Below are positions 30,755-40,206 of a DNA stretch of 64,000 bases, in pieces. This DNA is from an uncultured bacterium (lineage in GTDB: Bacteria; Acidobacteriota; HRBIN11; JAKEFK01). Below the pieces are notes generated by a model. It was not told where the DNA came from and did no database searches. It saw only the letters and a list, made by a program, of their open reading frames with translations. The position numbers and the translations under genes are program-made. Positions within the stretch are counted from its first letter, which is position 1. The number at the start of each line of letters is the position of its first letter. The stretch is from positions 384,001-448,000 of the forward strand of contig CAVZQN010000004.1 of the NCBI GenBank assembly GCA_963777505.1. Reading direction: 5' to 3'.

Positions 30755-31258
30755 CTATAACGGAATTTGTGCAGCGATTTGTGCTTCGATTTGCATATCA
30801 ATCTGATTTTCGAGCAGCAGCAAACGAAGCGCTTGTTTCGCTGTAAGCACTGTGCCGAGCTCCTTGACGTAGGCTCTTTTCATTTCTTGTCTCTGCAATT
30901 GAACCTGCATAACGCGATTGATCAGTTCTGTCGCCTTTTCAGCGGAAAGTCCGGATTGTTGATTCACATAATCGGCTATAAGTGCCAACCGTGTATCGTT
31001 GATTTTTTTCACTTCTGCTTCGTATTTGTCGTAAATCGGCCAGAACGCGCGGGATTGTTCAGATGTTACCGAAATAGCTTTCTTGATAATTTCTCGTTTT
31101 TGGTTTCTTAAGTTAGATCGTTGCAACTGCTGAACAGCATCGTTATATGCTTGAACAGCATTGTTGTAATTCTGCATAGTGTCATCAGATGAAGTTTGGG
31201 CGTCAATGCATGCGATAAAAATTAAAAGGCCACAAATAAGAGTTATGATCTGTTTCAC
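30755..31258 (-). CDS. Secreted helical hypothetical protein
   Basis: RBS gaggagg, signal peptide, FWPIYDKYE motif, C-terminal QIPL. Confidence 0.65.
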   Translation of the reverse strand: MKQIITLICGLLIFIACIDAQTSSDDTMQNYNNAVQAYNDAVQQLQRSNLRNQKREIIKKAISVTSEQSRAFWPIYDKYEAEVKKINDTRLALIADYVNQQSGLSAEKATELINRVMQVQLQRQEMKRAYVKELGTVLTAKQALRLLLLENQIDMQIEAQIAAQIPL

Positions 31259-31284
31259 TCTTCAGCCTCCTCGTTTGACTGTTG

Positions 31285-32874
31285 TTACGTCTTCCAAATC
31301 GTGACTAAAGCCTGCGCGATTATGATTTTTATGATGATTGCTCCGGGGTACACCATTGCATATGAGACTTCAACGCGTTCAGAGGGCACAGCTTTTGAAG
31401 CGTACGAGATAATTGCCGCATTGCCAGCAAGACCAGATGTGATTCCAAAAAGATCATCAAATGGGATGCGCATTATAAAATGGCCGATCAAAAGGGGGAT
31501 GAATACAAGCGGAATGAGAATAATTGCAGCCATAATTACCAGACTCATTCCTGTTAATTGAAGTGTGGTTACAAACTTTTCACCTGAGCTCATTCCAATC
31601 TGTGCAAGAAAAAGCGAAACACCAAAATTACGAAGAATCACATTCGCAGAAAGCGGCATAGTCCAGGATATCGGCCCGGTGCGGCCCAATCTTCCAAGGA
31701 TCAACGCAACAATGAGTACTCCAGCGGGGATGCCAAGTTTCAGGCTTCCAATCCCTGGAAGTGGAATCGGAATAATGCTGACAAAAACTCCAAGCACCAT
31801 TCCGATACCAAGTGCAACATAGCTAAATTCGGTAGTACTTCGAATTGAATCTCCGAAAAATTTTCGAATTGTTTCAAAATGTTGGCGGTCACTTAACAAT
31901 CCAATGCGATCACCAAATTCAATAGTTACATCTGAATTTGCAATTAGATCGCTATCTCCGCGCCGAACCTGGACAACGTTTGCTTCTATTCCATCCGGAA
32001 ATCTAATTTCGGAAAGCCGCCTCCCGATTACATTTTGTTTCGATGCAAACACACGCAAGTAATCAAGATGTGTCCGGTCTTTTACGATTTTGCCATGTGA
32101 CTTTTCACCGATCATCGCACAGGCCGTATCTAGAGCCGAAGTATCTTCACTTCCTAAAAACAATATGTCGCTTCCGGAAAGAACATATTCAGCTCTGGGA
32201 ATTTGATTTTTATCTTTAGTGCGGATAGCTAGTATTTTTACAGTAGATGGAAGATCCTTCGTTAAATCTGAAATGCTCATGCCTGCAACAGCAGATGATT
32301 CGACTTCAATCGTCTTAAGCTGCGTTTGCGCAAAATTGTCGGTCTTTGGTTTGACAAAGAGCTGCATGAAATACATTCCGAGTATCGTGCCGAGAAGTCC
32401 GACTGGAAAAGCCACACTGTAACCAACGGCCGGGTCATTACTTTTTGCAGCATCAATCGCTGACATTACAGCGGCAGCGGTAGTTGTTGCGCCCGCGAAT
32501 AGTCCCGCCATATACGTAATTGGAGTCGAGGTAAACTTCATTACGACAATTGTCATTACGGTAGTCGCAATGAGTGCGATTAATGCAAGAATGTTGTAAC
32601 GAATACCTATCGCGCTGGTCAATCCAGCAAAAAATTGTTTGCCGTAAGAAATGCCAATTCCGTAAAGGAACAGCACGATCCCAAGTGTGCCGATAATAGC
32701 CGGAGGTTGGCTGGCTGGACTAATAGCGCCTATTGCCAGTCCGGCAAACAAGACAGCTCCTACGCCAAGCGAAAAGCCCTTTATATTGATGTGGCCGATT
32801 GCGTATCCAAGAGCGATCACAAAGAACAACGCGAGCATCGGTTGTTGTTCCAGAAATTTGGCAACAGCTTCCAT
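31285..32874 (-). CDS. AspT/YidE/YbjL family antiporter with TrkA_C domains
   Basis: LGVGAVLFAGL, FLYGIG, central RCK_C domains, duplicated membrane domain ending YAMVYP. Confidence 0.9.
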   Translation of the reverse strand: MEAVAKFLEQQPMLALFFVIALGYAIGHINIKGFSLGVGAVLFAGLAIGAISPASQPPAIIGTLGIVLFLYGIGISYGKQFFAGLTSAIGIRYNILALIALIATTVMTIVVMKFTSTPITYMAGLFAGATTTAAAVMSAIDAAKSNDPAVGYSVAFPVGLLGTILGMYFMQLFVKPKTDNFAQTQLKTIEVESSAVAGMSISDLTKDLPSTVKILAIRTKDKNQIPRAEYVLSGSDILFLGSEDTSALDTACAMIGEKSHGKIVKDRTHLDYLRVFASKQNVIGRRLSEIRFPDGIEANVVQVRRGDSDLIANSDVTIEFGDRIGLLSDRQHFETIRKFFGDSIRSTTEFSYVALGIGMVLGVFVSIIPIPLPGIGSLKLGIPAGVLIVALILGRLGRTGPISWTMPLSANVILRNFGVSLFLAQIGMSSGEKFVTTLQLTGMSLVIMAAIILIPLVFIPLLIGHFIMRIPFDDLFGITSGLAGNAAIISYASKAVPSERVEVSYAMVYPGAIIIKIIIAQALVTIWKT

Positions 32875-32887
32875 GCTTATTCAAACT

Positions 32888-32902
32888 GCAAAGAATGAGC
32901 CA
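32888..32902 (-). promoter_or_regulatory. sigma54 promoter, leftward
   Basis: Minus strand TGGCTC-ATTCT-TTGC. Confidence 0.6.
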
Positions 32903-32954
32903 GAACAAGGCGTTCCTTCTGCGACAATCAAGGCGACCATGAATCAGGTTCCAA

Positions 32955-32990
32955 CTCCGTAATTACGGAGCACAATACGCTATTCCGTAG
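32955..32990. promoter_or_regulatory. Tandem palindromic operator, copy B
   Basis: Perfect palindrome CTCCGTAATTACGGAG-n4-ATACGCTATTCCGTAG. Confidence 0.72.
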
Positions 32991-33031
32991 ATTTGCTCCG
33001 AGGATACCTCGAGGGGCTGTGTATCTTTCGC

Positions 33032-33046
33032 AGGCATAAATCTTGC
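33032..33046 (+). promoter_or_regulatory. sigma54 promoter, rightward
   Basis: AGGCAT-AAATC-TTGC (GG-N10-GC). Confidence 0.55.
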
Positions 33047-33064
33047 CGTAGTAAACTCAGTTCA

Positions 33065-33742
33065 ATGAGCGAAAAGCATTCATTTTGGATCAACGCGGCA
33101 ACGATTTCCGGAAGACTGGGTCCCGTAGGCCGTCTCAACGAAATCCTCTTTGGCTTGATTATGGTGCTGACATTTACTTGTTCAATCAGTGCCGCAACAG
33201 CCGGTCGCGAAGAGGTTTCTACAATCTTATGGTCTGCCCTCGGTTGCAATGTTGCCTGGGGTCTTGTGGATTCGTTCATGTATCTGTTTTCTGTTTTGCT
33301 CGAAAGAGGAGAGACGTTTAGCAGTATTCGAAGCATTCGAAATGCAACCACAGAGTCGAGTGCAAACGAAGCAGTGAAAGACGCAATGTCTCCCTTTTTA
33401 TCGCAGATCTTAAAGAAAGAACACCTGACCCATCTCAGCAGCGAAATAAAGAGTTTGCCCGAACCCCCGTTGAAGACTTTTTTAACATGGCGCGATTTTC
33501 GTTACGCTGCAGCAATTTTTCTTTTGGTTTTCTTATCAACGTTCCCTGTTACAATCCCTTTCATCTTTATCAAAGAAGTTCCGATTGCAATACGTGTTTC
33601 TAATGGAATTGCATTGCTTTCGCTTTTTCTTACCGGTGTATATTTGGCTAAGCAAACAGGAAGACAAAAGTTAATATTTGGACTTTCCTTTGCATTCCTC
33701 GGAGCAGTATTAGTAAGCATTACAATGGCGCTAGGCGGATGA
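33065..33742 (+). CDS. VIT1/CCC1-like membrane protein
   Basis: RLNEILFGLIMVLTFT, GCNVAWGLVD and VFLSTFP..IPF motifs; ATG 33065. Confidence 0.7.
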   Translation: MSEKHSFWINAATISGRLGPVGRLNEILFGLIMVLTFTCSISAATAGREEVSTILWSALGCNVAWGLVDSFMYLFSVLLERGETFSSIRSIRNATTESSANEAVKDAMSPFLSQILKKEHLTHLSSEIKSLPEPPLKTFLTWRDFRYAAAIFLLVFLSTFPVTIPFIFIKEVPIAIRVSNGIALLSLFLTGVYLAKQTGRQKLIFGLSFAFLGAVLVSITMALGG

Positions 33743-34353
33743 AAAATATTCGACCCTTACTTGTATTCTGTGTAGCTTTGATTTTGCCCATTTCAATCTA
33801 TGGGGAAGAAATAAACTCATGGGAATTTGCTGCAATAACCAACCTTTACATGCTTCCCGATGTTACATATTTGAATCCGGTAATTTCAGCAGACAAAAGT
33901 TTGTTACATTTGGAAGCAAGATACAACTATGAGGATTTGGAAACCGGATCTATCTTTGTTGGCTATAACTTTCAAACCGGAACTTCACTTGAATTCAGTT
34001 TTACGCCGATTATCGGTGGGGTATTTGGGAATTCAAACGGAATCGCTCCTGGATTTTCATTTGAGTTGAACTACGGAAATTTGAGCATCTCCAGCGAAGG
34101 GGAATACTTTTTCAGTTCAGACGAAAAAGAATCCAATTTCTTCTACAGTTGGTCAGAAATTACTTATTCTCCTGCTGATTGGATTTGGTTTGGTGTGGCA
34201 GGACAACGCACACGTGCTTACGAAACGGATTTGGAAATCCAACGTGGTCTTCTTCTGGGATTCGGTAAAGAAAATATTTCTGTAACCGGTTATGTGATGA
34301 ATCTAGGCTGGGATGATCCATTCGGAATGATAAGCGTGGAATACAGTTTTTGA
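33739..34353 (+). CDS. Hypothetical outer-membrane beta-barrel protein
   Basis: Signal peptide, LEARYNYE, C-terminal VEYSF. Confidence 0.65.
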   Translation: MKNIRPLLVFCVALILPISIYGEEINSWEFAAITNLYMLPDVTYLNPVISADKSLLHLEARYNYEDLETGSIFVGYNFQTGTSLEFSFTPIIGGVFGNSNGIAPGFSFELNYGNLSISSEGEYFFSSDEKESNFFYSWSEITYSPADWIWFGVAGQRTRAYETDLEIQRGLLLGFGKENISVTGYVMNLGWDDPFGMISVEYSF

Positions 34354-34365
34354 TTGGGTGAATCA

Positions 34366-34516
34366 TAGCCCACGGCGTAAGCCGGGGGTAAAAGGATTGA
34401 TGTACGAACCAGATCGATTCAAGCGGGCGAAAGACTATTGCTATGAAACTCTTACGCTCGCTTTTACGGGCTAAATCATTACATGCATACTTACCCCCGG
34501 CTTACGCCGAGGGCTA
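34366..34516. repeat. REP/MITE-like element with 26-bp terminal inverted repeats
   Basis: tagcccacggcgtaagccgggggtaa ... ttacccccggcttacgccgagggcta (1 mismatch), between convergent genes. Confidence 0.75.
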
Positions 34517-34525
34517 GAAACAAAA

Positions 34526-35173
34526 TTATTTTCTCTGTACGTACAAACTGATAAGGCGGGCTACCATCACCGCTAAATAAAGTTGTCCTGCAACTGCTTC
34601 AACAACAGCAACCGAGCGAGCGACATCGCTGACTGGAACGATATCACCATAACCAAGCGTTGCCAGAGTTACAAAACTAAAGTAGATCGCGTTTGGGATT
34701 TGAAAATTACCATTTGTTACGCCTTCCACCAGTAAAGACCCGGGCGAAAATCTTTCGAGAATCCAATAAAAATGCCCTAAGAAAATACCGGCCAATAAAT
34801 ATGCACTGAGTGCGGCATAGATGTGTTCACTGTCCACTTCTTTAGCTTGTAAAGTGAATCGTAGTGCAGAAACGGCAGCGAGTAATGCAACCACCGTTCC
34901 GATTGTCGACGTACCTAAGGAAATTCTCAATTCGATCCAATTACCGCTAAGTTGAACCAGCAAAATCAGAAAAAGAATAACTAAAAGCAGTTTTCTCGCG
35001 AGTCCTGAAGTAATCGGTAAAATTCCCGCGAGTAAATTAAAAGCAAACAGGAATGGTAGAGCACGCTCGATTCGCAAGGCAGAAAATAAAGGGACTGCAA
35101 CGATAGAACACAAGAGCGAGAAGAAGAGGGTTCTATAGCGATGGTTTAAATATGCATTGATCAGCGCATTCAT
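34526..35173 (-). CDS. Potassium channel family protein (Ion_trans_2)
   Basis: YFSFVTLATLGYGDIVP selectivity filter. Confidence 0.9.
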   Translation of the reverse strand: MNALINAYLNHRYRTLFFSLLCSIVAVPLFSALRIERALPFLFAFNLLAGILPITSGLARKLLLVILFLILLVQLSGNWIELRISLGTSTIGTVVALLAAVSALRFTLQAKEVDSEHIYAALSAYLLAGIFLGHFYWILERFSPGSLLVEGVTNGNFQIPNAIYFSFVTLATLGYGDIVPVSDVARSVAVVEAVAGQLYLAVMVARLISLYVQRK

Positions 35174-35207
35174 TGTGAACGTTTACGATCTTAATCGTAC
35201 TTTTGGT

Positions 35208-35687
35208 TTATTGCGCTGCTACGACTTCGTATCCGCCAGCTACTTGTCGATAATATGTATCTCCGCATAGCTGAAATGATTTTCCATTGTAGTTCTGCAC
35301 CACACATCCTGCCGGAAGTTGAGTGACAACTGCGCCAAATGGTGCAGGTACGACTTGATAAACCACGGAAGTACCATCGAATACTTCTGCTAAATAGATA
35401 TTGTTCTCGTAGTAATAGCGGCTACCTTTGACCATCACGGGTACTGCGCTTGAAGGTGCATATTCCAAAATTGTACCGATCGGAATTGCGGGTTCAACCG
35501 GAGTCGTTCCAGCCCATCCACTATAATCAGAATAGTAGCCTCCAACCACCACTGTTCCGTAACCACCGTAGTTTGCTGCTTGTGAGCCTGCTAAGTTTCC
35601 CGAACGCATTTGACGCACACCGGCAAACAATCCATGAGTCATGCTGAACAAAATCACGATAAAAAACAAACGTTTTAGCTGAATCAT
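35208..35687 (-). CDS. Secreted DUF6515-like protein
   Basis: YQVVPAPFGAVVTQLPAGC..FQLCGDTYY; paralogue of 28388-29146. Confidence 0.65.
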   Translation of the reverse strand: MIQLKRLFFIVILFSMTHGLFAGVRQMRSGNLAGSQAANYGGYGTVVVGGYYSDYSGWAGTTPVEPAIPIGTILEYAPSSAVPVMVKGSRYYYENNIYLAEVFDGTSVVYQVVPAPFGAVVTQLPAGCVVQNYNGKSFQLCGDTYYRQVAGGYEVVAAQ

Positions 35688-35698
35688 TTTGAACCCTC

Positions 35699-36466
35699 CT
35701 ATGGATTGTTGGATGTTTGTGTCTGTTGTGAGCCAACTCTTTCAAGAATTGGAATCCGCACGTAACCATCTGGAATTACAGCATCGAATGCATTCTTTTT
35801 TAGTTCCGGTTTCAAATTCCATTTGCTGAAAGTAATTCTATAAAAAGAAATCCCTTTGTCTGCTTTATATTTCATTTCTAATTTGCAAGGAAGCGAATCT
35901 TTATCGTTAATCCATAGCTGCCAATCAACGGAGGGGTTTGTATAGCTCAGGTGACTGCAAGATGAGCCGTCAATAACTTCTTTGCCTGTAAACCCGCCCT
36001 TTGTCTGCTCATCCATAAATGCGTCATAGGGAGAGCTGTAAAGGACATCTGACATTGGGAGATCCAGGTTCAAACGTTGTGCGAGCATATCCAAGGTTTC
36101 ATCAATTGTTGAAGGCATTTCGTGTTGAACGTAAATTCGTTTTTCGCGGGAAATTCCTGTCAGAAGTTTGCCATCATACCAGAATTCAAAATCTCGATCG
36201 CCTTTGTATTTCGTCCAGAAGCCATTCGGTCTCAGAACCATCACATCGCGTGTTACATTCAATTGGACTTTCTGTCCGTTTGGTTTCACACGGTCATGAA
36301 ATTCGATCGTACTGAAACTAAATGACGGAGCCTGCGCGAGTTTGAGGCTCATCGCTTTCAGAATGGTCTTTCCTTTAGCATCATCGGAAGTCTGTGATGG
36401 TGCAGCGCCAACGGCAAGCACAATGACTATAGATAGCAGTGGAATCAAATTCAGTACTCTTTTCAA
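35699..36466 (-). CDS. DUF2092 family periplasmic protein
   Basis: RPNGFW, WYDGK, PSTIDE, DWQLWI and LPCKL motifs. Confidence 0.8.
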   Translation of the reverse strand: MKRVLNLIPLLSIVIVLAVGAAPSQTSDDAKGKTILKAMSLKLAQAPSFSFSTIEFHDRVKPNGQKVQLNVTRDVMVLRPNGFWTKYKGDRDFEFWYDGKLLTGISREKRIYVQHEMPSTIDETLDMLAQRLNLDLPMSDVLYSSPYDAFMDEQTKGGFTGKEVIDGSSCSHLSYTNPSVDWQLWINDKDSLPCKLEMKYKADKGISFYRITFSKWNLKPELKKNAFDAVIPDGYVRIPILERVGSQQTQTSNNP

Positions 36467-36475
36467 AACTTACTC

Positions 36476-36739
36476 CTATTGATTACAGTCAGCCAGTGCC
36501 CAACCTCCGCGCAATTTGCTGTTATTGCAGTATGTTTTGCCGACTGTTCCTGCCGTATTCAAGTATTCAAGGATACTTTCACAGGTCTCTTCTTCGCCAG
36601 GAGTCACTGTACAGTGTCCCTGATAACCATCACGCACAAAACAGCAATCGGCTGTTGTTTCTTCTGTTTCTTGTGATCCTAAAAATCCCGGGAGCAACAA
36701 GATGAGAAAAATCATCGCGATCGAAAAATATTTTTTCAT
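36476..36739 (-). CDS. Small secreted Cys-rich protein
   Basis: RBS aaggag; signal peptide; six Cys in an about 65-aa mature part. Confidence 0.65.
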   Translation of the reverse strand: MKKYFSIAMIFLILLLPGFLGSQETEETTADCCFVRDGYQGHCTVTPGEEETCESILEYLNTAGTVGKTYCNNSKLRGGWALADCNQ

Positions 36740-36772
36740 ATTCTCTCCTTTCATGAACATGTTCGTTTTAGG

Positions 36773-36883
36773 GTTCCTTCCCCTTGGATAAGGGGGAGGT
36801 TAGGAGGGGGTTGAAGTAATTTCCTAAGTAGAAAACTCAATCAACCCCCCTCTAACTCCCCCCTTATCCAAGGGGGGAGAATC
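36773..36883. repeat. Palindromic MITE-like repeat, copy 1
   Basis: ccccttggataaggggg...ccccttatccaagggggg; inverted copy at 42817-42928. Confidence 0.85.
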
Positions 36884-36901
36884 GCTAAACATTCCTTTGT
36901 C

Positions 36902-39018
36902 TCATATATTCGGTTTCTTAATACCGTTCAGAGTTTTGACTACCTCTAACAAATTTCCAGTTTTGTAAAAATCCACAGCGATTAAGTTTGGCATCAAGCG
37001 TCGTTGTTGTTGGCATTCCTGCGCACGTTTGAGAAGAAATTCATAAGAGTTCACGATTTGTGCATTGCTCGGTTTTGGGGTCGGCGTGGTATCAATCCAA
37101 TGGTTCATCAAGAACAACGATCCGGATGTTCCGCCACGATTCGGAATGCAGGAGAATTCCTTTGTATCATGAAATGAGTAAGGCGTTTCTTGCATTGATT
37201 CAAATACTTGATGATACCATTCCACACCTTTACTGTTGTTTTCAGCAAAAACGATAACTCGTTCATCACTAGCAATCATTTCTCGCAAAGTGGGCCATGG
37301 TGGTGCAACAGGACCTCGATAAACAAAGTCGATCAGGCCGCTTTCCTTGAAGGCTGCTTCGATGCTTTCCGGCTTAACGCCTTCATCCTGATTGATGATA
37401 ATGATGACTTCATTCGGATTTGCAATCAGGAATTCTCGCATTTTCTCCAGTACAGGCAACAGCTTTGCAGACCCAAGTTCGCAAAAACCATGACATAAAT
37501 AAATTCCCACATCCTCTTCGCCGCTTCCGATCAGCCGGTCACGGATCCGCATAGCAGCTTCAACTCCTTCTTTGCCAAGAGCCGCTTCATATTTTTTCTT
37601 CGCTAAACCCTCATCCTCCAGGACTGTTTTCACTTTGTCCTGAACAGGTGAACCATAGTGAGTGTCAATCAAGAATGCTCGAATCCCATCTTGAAGTTGC
37701 ATTTGTATTTGTCTTTCATGATTGGGAAACATCCAGCCGGTTATTTCTGCAGCCGACATGGCATTATGCGCGGCAGCAAACACAACTTCATTAAGCCGGC
37801 GGTCGCACAATTCCTCATATCCATTACAAGCATCGATTCTGTTAGGCACATCTGTGCTGGCGTCACTGCGAAATAATATGTACGAGCTTAACCCTATAAG
37901 TATGATTGCAAGAGCCGCTACAACTGTGGTTCGAGCACGATGTTTTTGCGTCACTTCTTTTCGAGCAGGTCGTTTTATTTCCGGAAGCGAACGCAGAGCG
38001 AGACGGAAAAATTCTCGAAGGCCGATAAAGAAAATCAACATTCCTGTAATCAGGTGATGGATGATCATTGCTATTGAAGGGAAAAAAATCATAAATGTTC
38101 CGGCACTCAACAATAACGAAATAATCAAAACACGCTTCACAGTGCTTTTTTCCGTTTCACGAAACCACTGATCGATCGTGTTGACGATCTCAGTAATTTT
38201 TACATGCTCGAACAAAGAGCTGACTGCTGCGCTCAGAACCAGGCCGACCATTCCTAATACGAGTGCCCACGTCATCAATCCACCAAGAAACGACTGCCAC
38301 AAACCGTTCAGCGCATCACCAATTAAAGGATCACGCGCATACAATGCAAGAACATTCCCTCCAAATCGAATGCTCAACCACAACAGCAGTGCTCCCACTG
38401 CAAGAGAGATACCCAGGCGAAGCATTGCTAGTCTTTTTTCGTTCGCTAATGAAACACTGATGATTCCCAAATAAGATGCCAGATAAAAGGAAAGCGATCG
38501 CTCCGAGCCGAAGCCTGCGGATCATTCGTAGAACTTTACTGAACGTATTTCCACCTGGCATTTCATTCAATGATGTTAATAGCGTGTTGAATCGAGCAGG
38601 AATCTTATCTGCCAACTGTGGATGATTTACAAACGCACTTCGAAGAATGATGCCGGTATCAGCTACAGTGAGTGAAATGTTCTTGCTGGTTTCTGATAGC
38701 AACGTCTTGATGACTGATACGAGCTGCACGCCGGATCATGGCACGAAACGGTGCTGAAGAGACAATCGGTTGAGTTGTACCAATGAGAATGGGACGAAAG
38801 GCGATCAAATCGCGATTTTTTTCGATCAAGCCGTCAGCGATACGCGTAGCGATTAACCTCGCAACACCTTCATGCCTGAGACTTTCCGCTGTGCGATCAG
38901 CGAAAGCTCCAGAATTATATAGAGCTCTTCCGATGTACCCCAATAACATCCCAGCGATGATTGTCAGGACAGCCAGAATGCCAATGATTCCTGCAATCAA
39001 TGGACGTGTCCGATTCAT
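36902..39018 (-). CDS. Multi-TM membrane protein with C-terminal PI-PLC X-like phosphodiesterase domain; frameshifts near 38700 and 38470
   Basis: CNGYEELCDRRLNEV..AAHNAMS, QLQDGIR, LCHGFCELG, NPNEV and PNLIAVDFY; three overlapping ORFs join by single-base removals. Confidence 0.75.
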
Positions 39019-39067
39019 ATTAAATATTTTTCTTTTCGCGGGCGGATCTTAGACCCGTGCCCGCCGT

Positions 39068-39973
39068 TTAATTGCTTTCAATGAAAGTGCGAATATCTTT
39101 CGCAACTTCAGCTGGGAGTTCCCATTGAACAGTATGACCAGCACCTGGATACGATCTAAACTGAGCAGATTGAATTCCTGCGCGCAATCGATCCTGATCA
39201 GCTTTAACGAAAACCTGATCCTGTTCACCCCAGAGTATTAATGTTGGTGTGCTGATACTTGCCAACCGGCTGCTGTTATCTTCAGATAAGACTAACTTCA
39301 TATCCGCTTTCCACACATTCGGTGGTGTTGCGGCACGTTCGTAATCCGATTTGGTTCGCATCACATCAGGAATCGGTAAAATTGTGGTCGTTTCGTTCCA
39401 TTTCGCCAACACTGCCGGATCGGAAAGACCTTTTTGAGTTTGTACGGCTCCATATAAACGGTCATATTTCTCATTCTCAATTCCTTTGTCCGATGAAGAA
39501 ATCAAAATTAATTTCTGTAATCGCGATGGATGATCAACGGCAATGCGCTGAGCGATAAAGCTTCCCATGGAATGACCGACAATTGTAGCGGTATCGATCT
39601 TTAGAGAATCCATAAACGCAATCACATCACTTTCATAATCTTCGACAGTGAAGCAGCATTCCGGATTGCTTGATTGTCCATGACCACGAAGATCCATCGC
39701 AAATACACGGTAAGTGTCCAACAGTTCAGGACCCACAAGATACCAATCCCGGCTTGAACTTCCCGGACCATGAATGAAGATGATTGCTTTTCCATCCTGC
39801 ACTCCGACATCGTGATACTTCAGAACCACTCCAGTTTTTAGGTTCACATCTTTCTTGGCATACTCATTTTTCCAACTATTTTCGATAGGACCGTAGCCTG
39901 CTATCATTCCGCCTGTTGCCGCACAACCGCAGCAAAAAAGTGTTACACAAATTAGTATTGCTAGAAGTCTCAT
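39068..39973 (-). CDS. Alpha/beta hydrolase, probable lipoprotein
   Basis: Signal ending CCGC, DLRGHG, GHSMG, WGEQD and AGH motifs. Confidence 0.88.
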   Translation of the reverse strand: MRLLAILICVTLFCCGCAATGGMIAGYGPIENSWKNEYAKKDVNLKTGVVLKYHDVGVQDGKAIIFIHGPGSSSRDWYLVGPELLDTYRVFAMDLRGHGQSSNPECCFTVEDYESDVIAFMDSLKIDTATIVGHSMGSFIAQRIAVDHPSRLQKLILISSSDKGIENEKYDRLYGAVQTQKGLSDPAVLAKWNETTTILPIPDVMRTKSDYERAATPPNVWKADMKLVLSEDNSSRLASISTPTLILWGEQDQVFVKADQDRLRAGIQSAQFRSYPGAGHTVQWELPAEVAKDIRTFIESN

Positions 39974-40028
39974 ATTCCTCCTGTTTCGCTTAATCCTATC
40001 GTAAGAAGGAAAGCGCTTTCTATTACGT

Positions 40029-40043
40029 GCAAATCAAGAGCCA
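40029..40043 (-). promoter_or_regulatory. sigma54 promoter, leftward
   Basis: Minus strand TGGCTC-TTGAT-TTGC. Confidence 0.6.
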
Positions 40044-40142
40044 GATTCAGTAGAGTTTTAATAAATAAGCTAAGCTCCATGAGAGCAGTAAGTTACAATG
40101 AACTCCTAATAATTTGAACTGAAGGTTGTCAATGATAAAAAA

Positions 40143-40178
40143 CCACGAAATTGAGTAGGAGACTCCGGTATTTCGGAG
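40143..40178. promoter_or_regulatory. Tandem palindromic operator, copy E
   Basis: CCACGAAATTGAGTAG-n4-CTCCGGTATTTCGGAG. Confidence 0.65.
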
Positions 40179-40206
40179 AATAATTATCAAAGGTCCAAAT
40201 TCTATT

